Shown piece by piece: positions 40,566-51,719 of a DNA stretch of 64,000 bases. Location of the stretch: contig MU058065.1 in assembly GCA_013265495.1 (NCBI GenBank), forward strand, positions 2,643,003 through 2,707,002, written 5' to 3'. Position 1 is the stretch's first letter; each line of letters opens with the position of its first letter. The position numbers and the translations under genes were made by a program. The stretch comes from Vicugna vicugna (taxonomy: Eukaryota). The notes beneath the pieces are model-generated. The model was not told the origin of the DNA. It ran no database searches and saw only the letters and a program-made list of their open reading frames with translations.

Positions 40566-41313
40566 TATAAGTCTTATCTAGGCCAGTTGAAAACTGCAGT
40601 CTCATGTTCCTCATCCTTCCCTCCACTCAGCTTTTATTAACCTGTTAGAGGGTCCTGAGTAGGGATGGAGATGTAGTCTGCTTTCTCAACGCACCTGTGC
40701 CCTGCCTTCTAGCTGTAACTCTCTGGAGTTGGAGAGAGGAAAGATGAGATAAAGTAAAAGCAGATGACATTTTCTTTTCCTTAGGTGACCTTATGATTGC
40801 ACTATTGTTGATGGCCATTGCCTTTCTGGCCCATACGATCTTCCCCGACACCCTCGGTGCAGCATGCAACAACACTGGCTCTCGTGGGCACACAGGTGAG
40901 TCAGTTTGGAGGAGCTGAGCCTGTGGGGTTTCCCAGTGAACAATTTCCCTGGCACAGAAGACCTAGGTTTGCCCCTTTTATCACCACTCCTAACTTTTAC
41001 CTCCAGAGTCACACTGCACAGCCTCTCCCCTCTTCTCCCAGGGTTTCTGGCCTGCAGAAAAATTCCTCAAGCCTGGTTGCCTTTTGCAGTTCTGCTCAAC
41101 CCATAGGAAATAAACATCCTCTCTGCAAATTGCACAGTTCAGCCTGCTCCCCTTCTCCAGCTTGCCATTTATCTCCAATTATCTCCAATCATCTCCTTCC
41201 CTGGTAGATTAGATTGGATCAGAATGCTCTAAGTTTATTTCCCATTTGAAAAGAATGCCGCTTGGTCCCATAGGCCCTCCAGATATTTATGAATAGTTTT
41301 CTTGAAACTTTCA

Positions 41314-41830
41314 GTGGTAGATAGAATAGTGGTGCCCAAATTCACCCCTGTGCTAATCCCTAGAACCTATGTATACAGTATGTTACAAGACAAGGGGGAT
41401 TAATAGTACAGATGGAATTATGGTTGTTAATCAGCTGGACTTTAGATAGATAAGGAGATTGTTCTGGATTATCCCTGTGGTCCAATGAAATCACAAGGGT
41501 CCTTAAATGGGGGAGAGGGAGGCAGCAGTTTGTGTTAGAATGATGCAATCATTGCAAAAACTCGATCAGCCATTACTATATGTGAGCTAGAAGTGGCCCA
41601 CAATTCAAGGAATGTAGACAGTCTCTAGAAGCTAGAAAAGGCAAGAACATAGATTTTTTTCCCCCTAGAGCCTCTAGAGAGGAATGTAACTCTGTCAATG
41701 CCTTAATTTTAGCCCAGTGAGACTCATTTTAGACTTCTGACCTCCAGAACTGTGAGATAATAAATGTGTGTGATTTTAAATTACCATTTTTTGTGGTAGT
41801 TTGTTACAGCAGCAATAAGAAACTAATACA
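41314..41830 (+). mobile_element. MLT1D-like solo LTR
   Basis: CAGATGGAATTATGGTTGTTAATCAGCTG...GACTTCTGACCTCCAGAACTGTGAGATAATAAATGTGTG...AGCAATAAGAAACTAATACA. Confidence 0.88.
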
Positions 41831-42394
41831 ACCTGTTTCTTAGCATGGAGGGAGAATGGAGGTCAGTCCCTCCTCAAAGTTACATACTTTCCTCTAGGTA
41901 GGATCAAAGTTCTGAGGTCTAATAGTGTTTTTCTCTTCCTCCATCTCTGCCCCTAAATCCTCTCTCCTTTTGTCTCATGGAGGGAAGAAGAAGGGAGAGG
42001 GTGGGTATTTTGAGACAGTGGTTGGGGGTAGAAGGGTCTATCTTGCTACAGCTTAGTAAGCCTCGGAGAGGATGTCTGGTCTTCATTTGCAGGTCTTTTT
42101 AGGATATGGAGTCATTTCCAGGCTCTCAAGCCTCACTTTGGCCCACTGTTTCTACTTCTGAGGCAATAGGGTAAGTCCAACAACATGCAGTCAGATTTGC
42201 ATAACTGATAGGTAGGATGTACATTAAAAAAATTGACTGTATGCTGCATACATAATCTACATTGAGGCACAGAGTCAAAGCAGCTTTTTCTGACATTAAA
42301 AATTTATTTTAATATTTTAGTGATGAATATATGTACATATATTTAAAAATATAATATTATTATGAGGCTGGTCATTTAAAATTGAAGTACCTTA

Positions 42395-43230
42395 AGGGCT
42401 GTGCTTGGGTATATATTCAAAGAAAATGAAAACACTAATTTGAAAAGATACATGCACCCCAATGTTCATAGCAGCATTGTTTACAATAGCCAAGTTATGG
42501 AAATAACCTAAGTGTCCATCAACAGATGAATAGATTAAAGATGTGGTACATATATACAATGAAATACTACTCAGTCATAAAAAAGAATAAAATAATTCCT
42601 TTGATAACTATGTAAGTTTAAAAAGCTACAGCTCTAATCTGTTCTTAGAAACAATGATCAGTACCTAAATGTAAACTAAAAATATGTGCAATACACTGTA
42701 TATATGTATTTACAAGAAATATAATATGTATATGCAGTCCAACTGTAATATTCTACTTGGTAAAACTGAAAAAGGAAAAAAAGGAGATATTACTCAGCCA
42801 CAAGAAATGAAATTTTGCTATTTACAACAACATGGATAGACCTGGAGGGCATTATGCTTAGTGAAATAAGTCATACTTACTAGAAAGACAAACACTATAT
42901 GTTATCACTTATATATGAAATCTAAAAAAATATAAAACAAACAAATATAACAAAATTGAAACAGACTTATTTTACAGATACAAACTAGTGTTTACCAGTA
43001 GGGAGGGGAGAGGAAGGAGGAGCCAGACAGGGTAAGGAATTAAGAGGTACAAGCTACTATATATAAAACAAATAAACTACAAGGATATATTGTACAGCAC
43101 AGGGAATGAATGTAACCAATATTTCATAGTAACTTTAAATGGAGTATAATCCATAAAAATATTGAATTGCTATTGTTGTACACCTGAAAGGAATACAATA
43201 TTGTAAATCAACTATACTTTAATGTAGAAA
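42395..43230 (+). mobile_element. L1MA9-like 3' end with TSD, containing a ~190-bp foreign insert
   Basis: AAGATACATGCACCCCAATGTTCATAGCAGCATTG...GTACACCTGAAA...AATCAACTATACTT. Flanking AAGTACCTTA on both sides. Confidence 0.85.
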
Positions 43231-43249
43231 AATAAAAGTACCTTACCTC

Positions 43250-43840
43250 TTTCCCAAGAACCAAGAAGACTTGTTCAATATCCTGCCTGGTTGGTATATG
43301 CTGAGAGCTGGGGAGAGGAGGGGGCAGGGTGTCTGGCTCTCAGTATCCAGATTTTCATTCATTATCCTGTTTGCAGCCCAGTAACTCACTGCTTCCAGAG
43401 CTTGCCTTTGCAGGAGAATTACTTTAACTAAATGCCTGGGATGTGAGTTAGGGGATATGAGAGCTCAGTTGACCATACCCTGTATTTCAACTTTACTCCA
43501 TGTCCTGGACTTCACTTGGAAGATTCTAGTGTCTTTGATCACTGAGCCTTTGAGGATTCTGTAGCATGAATCAGCTTGCCTATTATTGTCCTTCCCTCCT
43601 CCCTCAACAGGCAGTTTGATTTGAAGCATCCCTGTTCTGCGAAATCAGTTATGACTCATCCATCTATTTCCCAACCTTCAAAATTCTGTTGACAATCTCG
43701 CCTGCTGTCATCTTTTTTCCTGCTCTCTTGTCTTTGTATAAAGGCACAAAATTGTATGCCTTATGTCCTTTTTCTGTTATTGATGGGGTTCTGGGGTGGA
43801 GCAGAGATAAGCATATGTGATCTGTCTGCCTTATGCATCT
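43250..43840 (-). mobile_element. HAL1-like fragment
   Basis: Reverse HAL1-like end ...TGGGGTTCTGGGGTGGAGCAGAGATAAGCATATGTGATCTGTCTGCC. Confidence 0.5.
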
Positions 43841-44081
43841 ACAAATCTTCCTTTGTTTCCTTAAACCCTTAGGTCATGTATGAATATCACCTGCAGGTAA
43901 CAGCACAAACAACAATTCTACCACTTTGTATAAAAACAAGCCCTTTCTTTCATTTTGAACTCTTTCAAGAATGCCCATAGTCTAATGCAATTCAATAAAT
44001 CTATAAAGCTTCTGTGCTTGCAGTAGCAATTTAGATAAAATGGCAAGTGTGGGCTCCACTGGGGTCAGTTTGTAGCACCCG

Positions 44082-44108
44082 GTTGCCATGGTCACAGACT
44101 CTATAAAA
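44082..44108 (+). promoter_or_regulatory. RFX X-box plus TATA-like motif
   Basis: GTTGCCATGGTCAC (44082-44095), near the consensus GTTGCCATGGCAAC; TATAAAA at 44102-44108. Confidence 0.4.
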
Positions 44109-44582
44109 ATGGAGTAAATATATAATGAAATACGGAATCCTTCTCTTCGGCATTTATAGTATTCAAATATTTTCCAGGTATAGCAGACTCACTGTGTCTT
44201 CAAAAATAACAAAATGGGCCTGCTTCTCAAAGGGCACACTTTGCTACTGGGAGTTAAAGGGACATAAATAAATCAAATTCTTGCTTTCAACAAGCAAGTA
44301 CTAAACGAAAACTAAAATATAATCTTCCGGAATTTGATTTTAGTTTACTTTCAGAGATTATTTACTTCCCTACAAAAAAAGAGTGGCTTCATTCTTTTTT
44401 CTATTAGTTATAAATTAAGTCATTTGGTGAATAAGGAGCCTAAGATCTTTGCTCATTTGCATTTGATTTTAATGACCGTTAACGTCAAAGGTAGATTTGT
44501 GTTATGTCACCACAGATGGTAACTTCAATTTGGGATATCCAAGACTTACTTTCTCTTTTTAAATTTTAGGCTTTGTTTCATT

Positions 44583-44748
44583 TTGATGAAAACATTTAAA
44601 TGAGATTTATCTATTCCTGCAGCAGAATTTGAAGTATATAATGTAATAGTCTTAATTATGGGAACAATGTTGTACAGCAGATCTCTAGAAATTATTCATT
44701 TTGCATCACTGAAACTGTATACCTAGTGATTAGCAACTCCCCATTTTT
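44583..44748 (-). mobile_element. L1MA-like 3' fragment
   Basis: ATGTTGTACAGCAGATCTCTAGAAATTATTCATTTTGCATCACTGAAACTGTATACC. Confidence 0.8.
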
Positions 44749-46648
44749 TTAAATGACTTTCAAGTTACTCACCGGTCACCAATCAGCAAATTAATTTTCT
44801 CCAAAGAGCCTTCCTCTGTACTTTGACTCAAAGAGCCTAGAAAATTATGATGTGGTGTTTTAGAAAAATTTAGTAAAATTTAAATCAGAGCATATGAAAC
44901 ATGAGAATGAATTTTAGGCTTCTAGACAGGTACATGAGGAAAATATAATTCCTCAGTTAGATTGGTTTTTGCTTCTGCTTTCAACTGGGGAAAGTTGTGC
45001 ATAGGTAATAAATTGTAGAACAAATTTGTGATTGATTAAAGTTTATCTGCTGCTTTCTGAGACAACTAGAATAGCATAAATCTAAATGAACATTCCAACA
45101 TTTATCCCAGGCAAAAATTACATAATACACTTATAATATGGAAATCAGAAAACAACTCATTCTTTGGGGCCTGCTGATCTCCAGATGAAGGGAATAATGA
45201 GCTCCCTCTGGTGGTGAAGTTAACAATAGTAATCATGGAATAAATGCTATTATTCAACCTAGAAACCAGATGGAATCTAAAGGATGTTGGAATTGTCAGC
45301 AGTATGTCATCCAAATTATCATTTAGATTCTTTCCCAGGCTCTGGCCTAGGGAAATAGATCAACATAGAATATTTATTCATTTATTTTTGCTAGAGTCAT
45401 CTGCCACAAAGTAAAAAGCTGGCTCAGAAACCCCAGTGATACTGTTCAGTATCTAGAGCCTCTCTGAAAATCTGCAGAACCATTTGTTCATTTGCTCATT
45501 CAGTTACTGAGTGTCTCTTATGCAAGAATATTGGAATTCTTGTGGAGTGGGGCTGTGGTCCTGAGAAATTGACCCTTTCTCCACCATCACCATAGTTCTT
45601 TGGCATATAAACGTAGTGTCTTTGTTGTAGAGACAGGATTTATGGCCACCGACTTTTCTTCTATTATTTGCAGTATGTGAGATTTTATTCTGTTCTCTTA
45701 TCTTTGCATAAAGGCATAAAATAGTAAACGTTATACACTGTACTGTTATTGAAGGGATTTGATGGAGTAAACATACATGACCAGTCTGCCTTGTATATCT
45801 TCTCTCACCATTTTAATTAAAAAAAGTTTTATACACTTTTGCAAAGAAGCATTGGTTTGATACATACTTTACATTTGGCTTTGAAAAGCATGAAATTAAA
45901 ACATCTAATATAGGTAGCCTTACAAATTATGGAATGGTAAGAGCTCCGCCTCGTACCAGCTTTCCTTTTCTAGCCCTAAATTTAAAGACTTGAATGCAGG
46001 TTCAGTCATTCAGTTTCCATATACATAAAAAAAAAACTAACTAGAATGAAGACTCTAAATTCACAATTACTCAAAAATCAATCATTTTATAGCTCTTTGG
46101 TTAAATTATTTAACTTTTTCTATAAGTGCAGTTATTAAAATGAAAAACCATTCTAGGATATTGCTGAAAGGAAGAAAACAAAAACTTTAAAGCACCAACA
46201 TTTTTCTGAGAACAAAAGTCATTGAGAAGTTTTGTCTTCCAGGGTAATTGTGTGCACATTGTAAGCACTCAGAAAACTCTGTCTTGTTTTTAGATTCAAA
46301 GAGCAAAAACACTCTGGACTACCTTGATGTTTCTCTTTCTCAAATGACATTCTTTAAGCTACAATTGGATCCTGTCAATATAAGTCAAACAAAAAATCTG
46401 TCTCTGATATGATTATGATGTGAAGACAAAGTAGAGCCCATACAACGAAAACAGACTCACATGGAGTAATATTCTGGCAGAACTATAGAAAGAAAAGAAA
46501 ATTGTCTTGGTGAGAATTGGAAGTGATCTTTCCTTTACCTTCTCTCTTGTCAGAGTAAGGAAAAGGTTGAGAGGTTACATAATTTAAAATTTTATATATC
46601 ATAATGTGTATATCAGAAATGTAGACAATTAAGGCTTGAAGCTGAATT

Positions 46649-46845
46649 CAGTGTTTCCAAGAGCTGGCTGCGCATCAGAATACCCTGGGAGCTTATTAAA
46701 ATTAAACTCCTGAGCGTCCTTTCTTCCCCACCACCCTGGAGATTCTAATTCAACAATTCAGTGTGAGGCCAAGGCATCTGTGCATTTCACAAGTGCCGTC
46801 TAATGATTCTGAAGCAATGGGTCCACTGGGCAATACTTAAGTATT
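46649..46845. mobile_element. MER5-like hAT MITE
   Basis: CAGTGTTTCCAAG...GGCTGCGCATCAGAATACCCTGGGAGCTT...GAGATTCTAATTCA...GATTCTGA. Confidence 0.7.
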
Positions 46846-46977
46846 ATTCCTCTCCATGGCTACCTGTCCTTGATTCAATATCACCTTTAAATAACAATAA
46901 CTGTATTGTATTGCTGATTTGTCAGACAGCCCTTCCTTGATGAGCCTAACTGAGGAGCACTCCCTCATCACTCTCTG

Positions 46978-47490
46978 GTGTATCAGTCAGGACAGGCTTG
47001 GCTATGCTGTGGTAACAAACAGCTCCACATTTTTATTAGCTTTAAACAACAAAAGTTATTTTTGTACTCACATAAATTTTTCAGGTACATCTCAGGCAAC
47101 TTTTTACCTAAGCCACCTTCTATATGGTGGCTTAGCACTCCCAATTTACAATTGGATCCTATCAATATAAGTCAAACAAAAAATCTGTCTTTGATATGTT
47201 TATGATGTGAAGATGAAGTACAGTCTATATCCTCCCGTTTCCTTCTGTCTCATGATACCTCCATGTCAACATGTGCTTTCCTGATTGCTACACCAAAGGA
47301 AGAAGAGCTGGAGAATCAAATAATAACAATCCAATAGTACAGCCTGGCAGTCATGTAACTATTCTACTTACATATTATCAGCCACAACTAGTCAAATGGC
47401 CATGCATGACATCAAGAGGGCAGAAGAAGTAACTCTATGTATACTCAGAACTACAAGAGAACCAGATATTCATCTAGTCATGTTTATCAT
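46978..47490 (-). mobile_element. MLT1 (J/K/L-like) LTR carrying a duplicated 83-bp genomic insert
   Basis: TGTATCAGTCAGGACAGGCTTGGCTATGCTGTGGTAACAAAC...AAACAACAAAAGTTATTT. Confidence 0.7.
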
Positions 47491-47519
47491 ATGATACTTA
47501 ATCTGTGCCTATAATTTTT

Positions 47520-47685
47520 TTTTGATAATGTCATATATCTACTTGCTTATTCTGTTTTTGTCTATTCTCATAAAACTGCAAAATTTTTGAGGTCAGGATG
47601 TTTATTTTGTTTTACCACCAGTGACTATTACAATGCCTGGCACATAATAAACACTCAAAGAAGTTGCTGAAAGAATGAACAGATG
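47520..47685 (+). mobile_element. L2 3' end
   Basis: ACAATGCCTGGCACATAATAAACACTCAAAGAAGTTGCTGAAAGAATGAA. Confidence 0.75.
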
Positions 47686-48367
47686 AAGACAGAGAGCTGT
47701 CTAATAGGATTCAGACCATGAGTCATTTAAATTAAGTTAATAGGAAAACAAACCAGACACAGTAACTGTTTATTGTTTTAGCCTGAGAGAATTAGAAGAT
47801 TAAACATTTATTGAGTACCTTTATTTTCTAAGGCTTTCAAAAGTGATTGCACCAATATAATCACAACCCAAGTTTAGATTAGCTGTCAGTAAAGAAGAAA
47901 GTAAAATATTAAAACATTTCATCTAATGATAAACTGTCAATGATTGTTCTATGAAAGCTTCCTTTTTTTTAAAATTGTTCTTCTCAAGACAATTCACAGG
48001 ACTCTTTTCAGTAGCAATCTGTCCAGGAGAACTCAAAGTATGATTCAATTTACACCTGAGCTCTTAGAAATCCACCTACAGAGTCAACCCTGGCTGTAGT
48101 AATGCTTTAGTACTATCGAGGTTCTCAACAGGAGCAAGGAAATCCAGTCTCAGGGCTTTAGGAGCCATTTTGGTTTCTTCAGGATATTTCATCTCACTTC
48201 TAAACTCCCTCTAGTGTCTGAAAAGAATAAAGTCCACTAATATTGGTAGTGAGTACCAATCAACCGTCAATGTGAAAGTAACAAATGAAACATTTTGAAT
48301 ATGATTTTGCAAAGGAGAGGCCTCTTTTAATTTTAAAACATATGTTAAAATTATATTTTGAAGTTTT

Positions 48368-48490
48368 TCCTTTTTTTTAGCTCTGTTGAGATATAACAGA
48401 CAAATAAAATTGTAAGATAGTTTAAAGTATACAACTCAATTTGAAATACGTATTTGAAATGCGTACACTTTTTTTTTTTGGTGAGAACAC
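48368..48490 (-). mobile_element. Short L1MA-like 3' end
   Basis: TTTTAGCTCTGTTGAGATATAACAGACAAATAAAATTGTAAGATAGTTTAAAGTATACAAC. Confidence 0.65.
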
Positions 48491-48697
48491 ACAAAAAAAT
48501 CTGAAAGGAAATATGCACCATGGCTTATTAGTTCACTAACTGTACACAATTTTGCACATGGTTAGAAATTCAAAGACAACAGGAAGGCACAAAGCTAAGA
48601 CAGAAAGTCTCTCTTCTCTCCACCTTCAATTTAATTCTTATTAAAGTCTCCTGATCAATTTCAGGAAAAGCAGGCAAAATCATATGTACGTTTCAGC

Positions 48698-48748
48698 ATA
48701 TATATATATATATATAATATGTGTGTGTGTGTATATATATATATATAA
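48698..48748. repeat. (TA)n(TG)n(TA)n microsatellite inside an old reverse L1M (~48560-49090)
   Basis: Directly visible. Confidence 0.9.
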
Positions 48749-49382
48749 AATTTTGACTTTTAAAAATTTGCATTTTACTCTTTTCACTTGATCTTTGGAA
48801 TATTTCCAAAATATCTCCAATTTTTGACAGTTGCATAGTATTCCTCTATTTGGTTGCACTTTATTTTTCTGTTCCTTTATTGATGGGCATTGTGCTACTA
48901 GCGATAATGCTGCACTGCCTATTCTTGTACCTTACTTGAAAATTCTTGTAAATTGCTTGAATAAAAATTTGGTGTATGCAGAGATAAACCTAAATTTCTG
49001 GGTCAATGAGTGTAAGAATTTGTAGTTATAAAAATATTATCAAATTCCCTTCCAAAGTAGCTATACTAATTTATTCTTGCAGCTATTTGCCTTTTTAAAA
49101 AAAAGCAACTTTGGTGTATTAGAAATGAAAATAACAGTAATGGAGAAGTAAAGAAATACCTACTTGATTTGGAATCACAAGTCCAAAAATTTTTATTATA
49201 ACAATAAAGTTAACAAGTGTCCTCCAATGATTCTGAAGCAATGAGGTTTTAATAAGAGAAGTCTCACCTTGGAGCATTTTTTTAGAGTTTAGGGGCCATA
49301 GCCCATATAATTCTGAGTGGTTTCTTGGGATGATAAGGTACAGGCGTACTTCATTTTATTACATTTCACACTTTGCTTTCAA

Positions 49383-49620
49383 TAGTGGCTGAGAGCCCAG
49401 ACTCGAGCCAGAATCTATGAGTGTGAGTGTCAATATCACTATTTGTTAACTGTGATCTAAGGCAACATATCAAATTCTTTCTGCCTCAGTTTCCTCCCCT
49501 TTAAAATCGGAGTGAAAATAGTGCCCCCTCATAGGGATTGTGTAGGATTCATCCACGTAAAGTGCTTAAAACTGTGTCTGGCACACGGTATAAACTTTTA
49601 AGTCTTTGCTAATTTTGTTG
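49383..49620 (+). mobile_element. MIR SINE, preceded by a Tigger-like TIR fragment (TACAGGCGTACTTCATTTTATT, ~49319)
   Basis: TAGTGGCTGAGAGCCCAGACTC...CTGCCTCAGTTTCCTC...GTAAAGTGCTTAAAACTGTGTCTGGCACA. Confidence 0.8.
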
Positions 49621-51551
49621 TTGTGGTTAAGAATAAGTTAACCTATACTGTATACTTGGAAAATTTCTAGAGATTATAGAGTGAATTAAGTCAAAAATGC
49701 TAAGCAGGGATGCTGAAGACCAGGGTAGTATATGTAAGGCGGTTTTTGCTTTTATCAGGAACATGGTGATATTTTAAGGGTGAAATAGTGAAATCTTGAA
49801 ACAAGAGCAGTCTGACATGCAGTAGGACATTTTGACTAGGTCATTTTGACATGACATTTTGACAGCAGTGACATTTTGATGTGATCATTTTATCCTGAAT
49901 ACATAAAGCAACTGCTTCAACGTGTAAAGGCAGAGTTTTATTACCAAATAAGGTGTGCAGACTAGACATCCCTGAACCCTCTCCACCTTTGAGCAGTATC
50001 TCCCCCGAAATCCCCCTTCCGTCCCTTAGATATTCATCTCAGTGTTGTGCGTATTTTTTATTCTTCTCAATTTAACTGATAATAAGTATTTTTGCCATTG
50101 CAATAAAAGCAGAAAGACATTTTGAAGATTCTTGGTATGATTTTCACTGTGTTTCCTCACAGTATACTTTGGAGCAAGAGCATTGCTAGATGTATACAGT
50201 GGTACCCCCTGATTACCTGAAAACCTTTAGAACAAGGTATTTCAAGGAAGCTGCAGTGGGGTGAGCTGTAGCTCAATTCAAATGCAATAAAGCTCTGAAC
50301 CAAAGATTAATTTTGGATCTAGCCATAAATCAAAACCAAGGACAACTGTGATACATTTCAAAGCAAATTGTCAATTACAAATTGGCACTAGCGAAATCAT
50401 TAAAGCACTATTCTGTCTCCAAAGAAAATATAATAAAACACAATTTCAGAAAATGGTGCTAGTTAGACATTGTACAGAAGATTGATGGACAGAATCTAAC
50501 AACTGATTTCTAGGAAAGCTGTCACATCATTCGTCTAAATTTTACAGTAAACCATACAGACTACAGTGTGAATTGCATTCACATAGGATGGCATTTTTGG
50601 AGCAGTGCACTGCAGTGGTTCTAAAGCAAGATCTCCACACAACAGCCTTATCACTAGATGTTTAAAGTGTGTCTGCAGACCCTCCTCTTCTCCATTCAGG
50701 CTCTCTCTCCCTTCTCAGTACTGGTTTTGAGATGGACAAATCTGAGAAGCAACGTGTAAAGAAAAACTTCCAATCTCTAGTTTAAGGTGTTGGGAATCCT
50801 TCATGTACCAAGACTTTTCTTTTATGTGTTTAACAAAATGGGATTTAAAAAAACAATAAGAAAAGAACGAGAGACCAATATTACTTAATAGCCCATTTAA
50901 AAAAAAATCTGTTGATTCCAGGGCAATTTGATGGCAAAGTTCAGTCATGATGTCTTTAAAAACTCTGATATACCTCAGGTCATTTGCTTCTGCTTCGAGA
51001 GAGCAAAACAAACCAAAAAAAAAAAACAAGCAGAAACACAGATTGTCCTCTTGTCCTCAAATGGCACAGCATTGCTCAAGGCCCATCACAGGGTCAGCCA
51101 AGTTGTGCAGTTCACAATCTGCATGCCCACAAAAAAAGGCCTTGTTTTTTTGCCTAAAGAAAGAGGGCGTCATCCTGTAACTATAAGATCAGGAGATATT
51201 CTCTTTTGTTTCTTAAATTGTTATACCCTAAGCCCCTCCTGACCTAACTTAACTGGATGGAAAAATGTCCTTCTCAAATATGTCTCCTATTTTCTTGGCC
51301 AAAGGGCCTGCTCTGGGACCCAGGGTCTATTGTCTCATCTTTCCCTGTTCCCACCTGCATGTCCTGCCACCCACTCTACAGCTGCCCCTGTGCTATAGGA
51401 CCCTTGTGCAAGACTTGTCTGGAGGGACCACTGCCCCCTGAGGGTAACATTGCTGATTCCCATGCTGCTGCTTCCGAATCACAGGGCTGGCCGTTCTCGT
51501 TCTTCATACCACAGCCAAACCAGGTGAAATGTTTCACTAGACTTTCTGAGG

Positions 51552-51632
51552 CTGGGGAGAGAAGAGGAGAGGGGAGGGGAGGGAGAAATAGAGAGGGAGA
51601 GGTTGGGGAAGAGAGAGAGAGAAAGAGAGAGA
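51552..51632. repeat. GA-rich polypurine low-complexity tract
   Basis: Directly visible (GGGGAGAGAAGAGGAGAGGGG...GAGAGAGAGAAAGAGAGA). Confidence 0.85.
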
Positions 51633-51719
51633 TGCATGCCACCACTCCCTCCTCCACCAAAAAAAAGGGAAAAAAGCACACAAGAAGCCTTAAAAACATT
51701 CTCCTTAGGTTATGTACTA

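Noticed and set aside
49820..49900. CRISPR-like repeat/spacer appearance
   Set aside because: Repeats (~9-12 bp) and spacers (2-8 bp) are far too short, there are no cas genes, and the context is eukaryotic.
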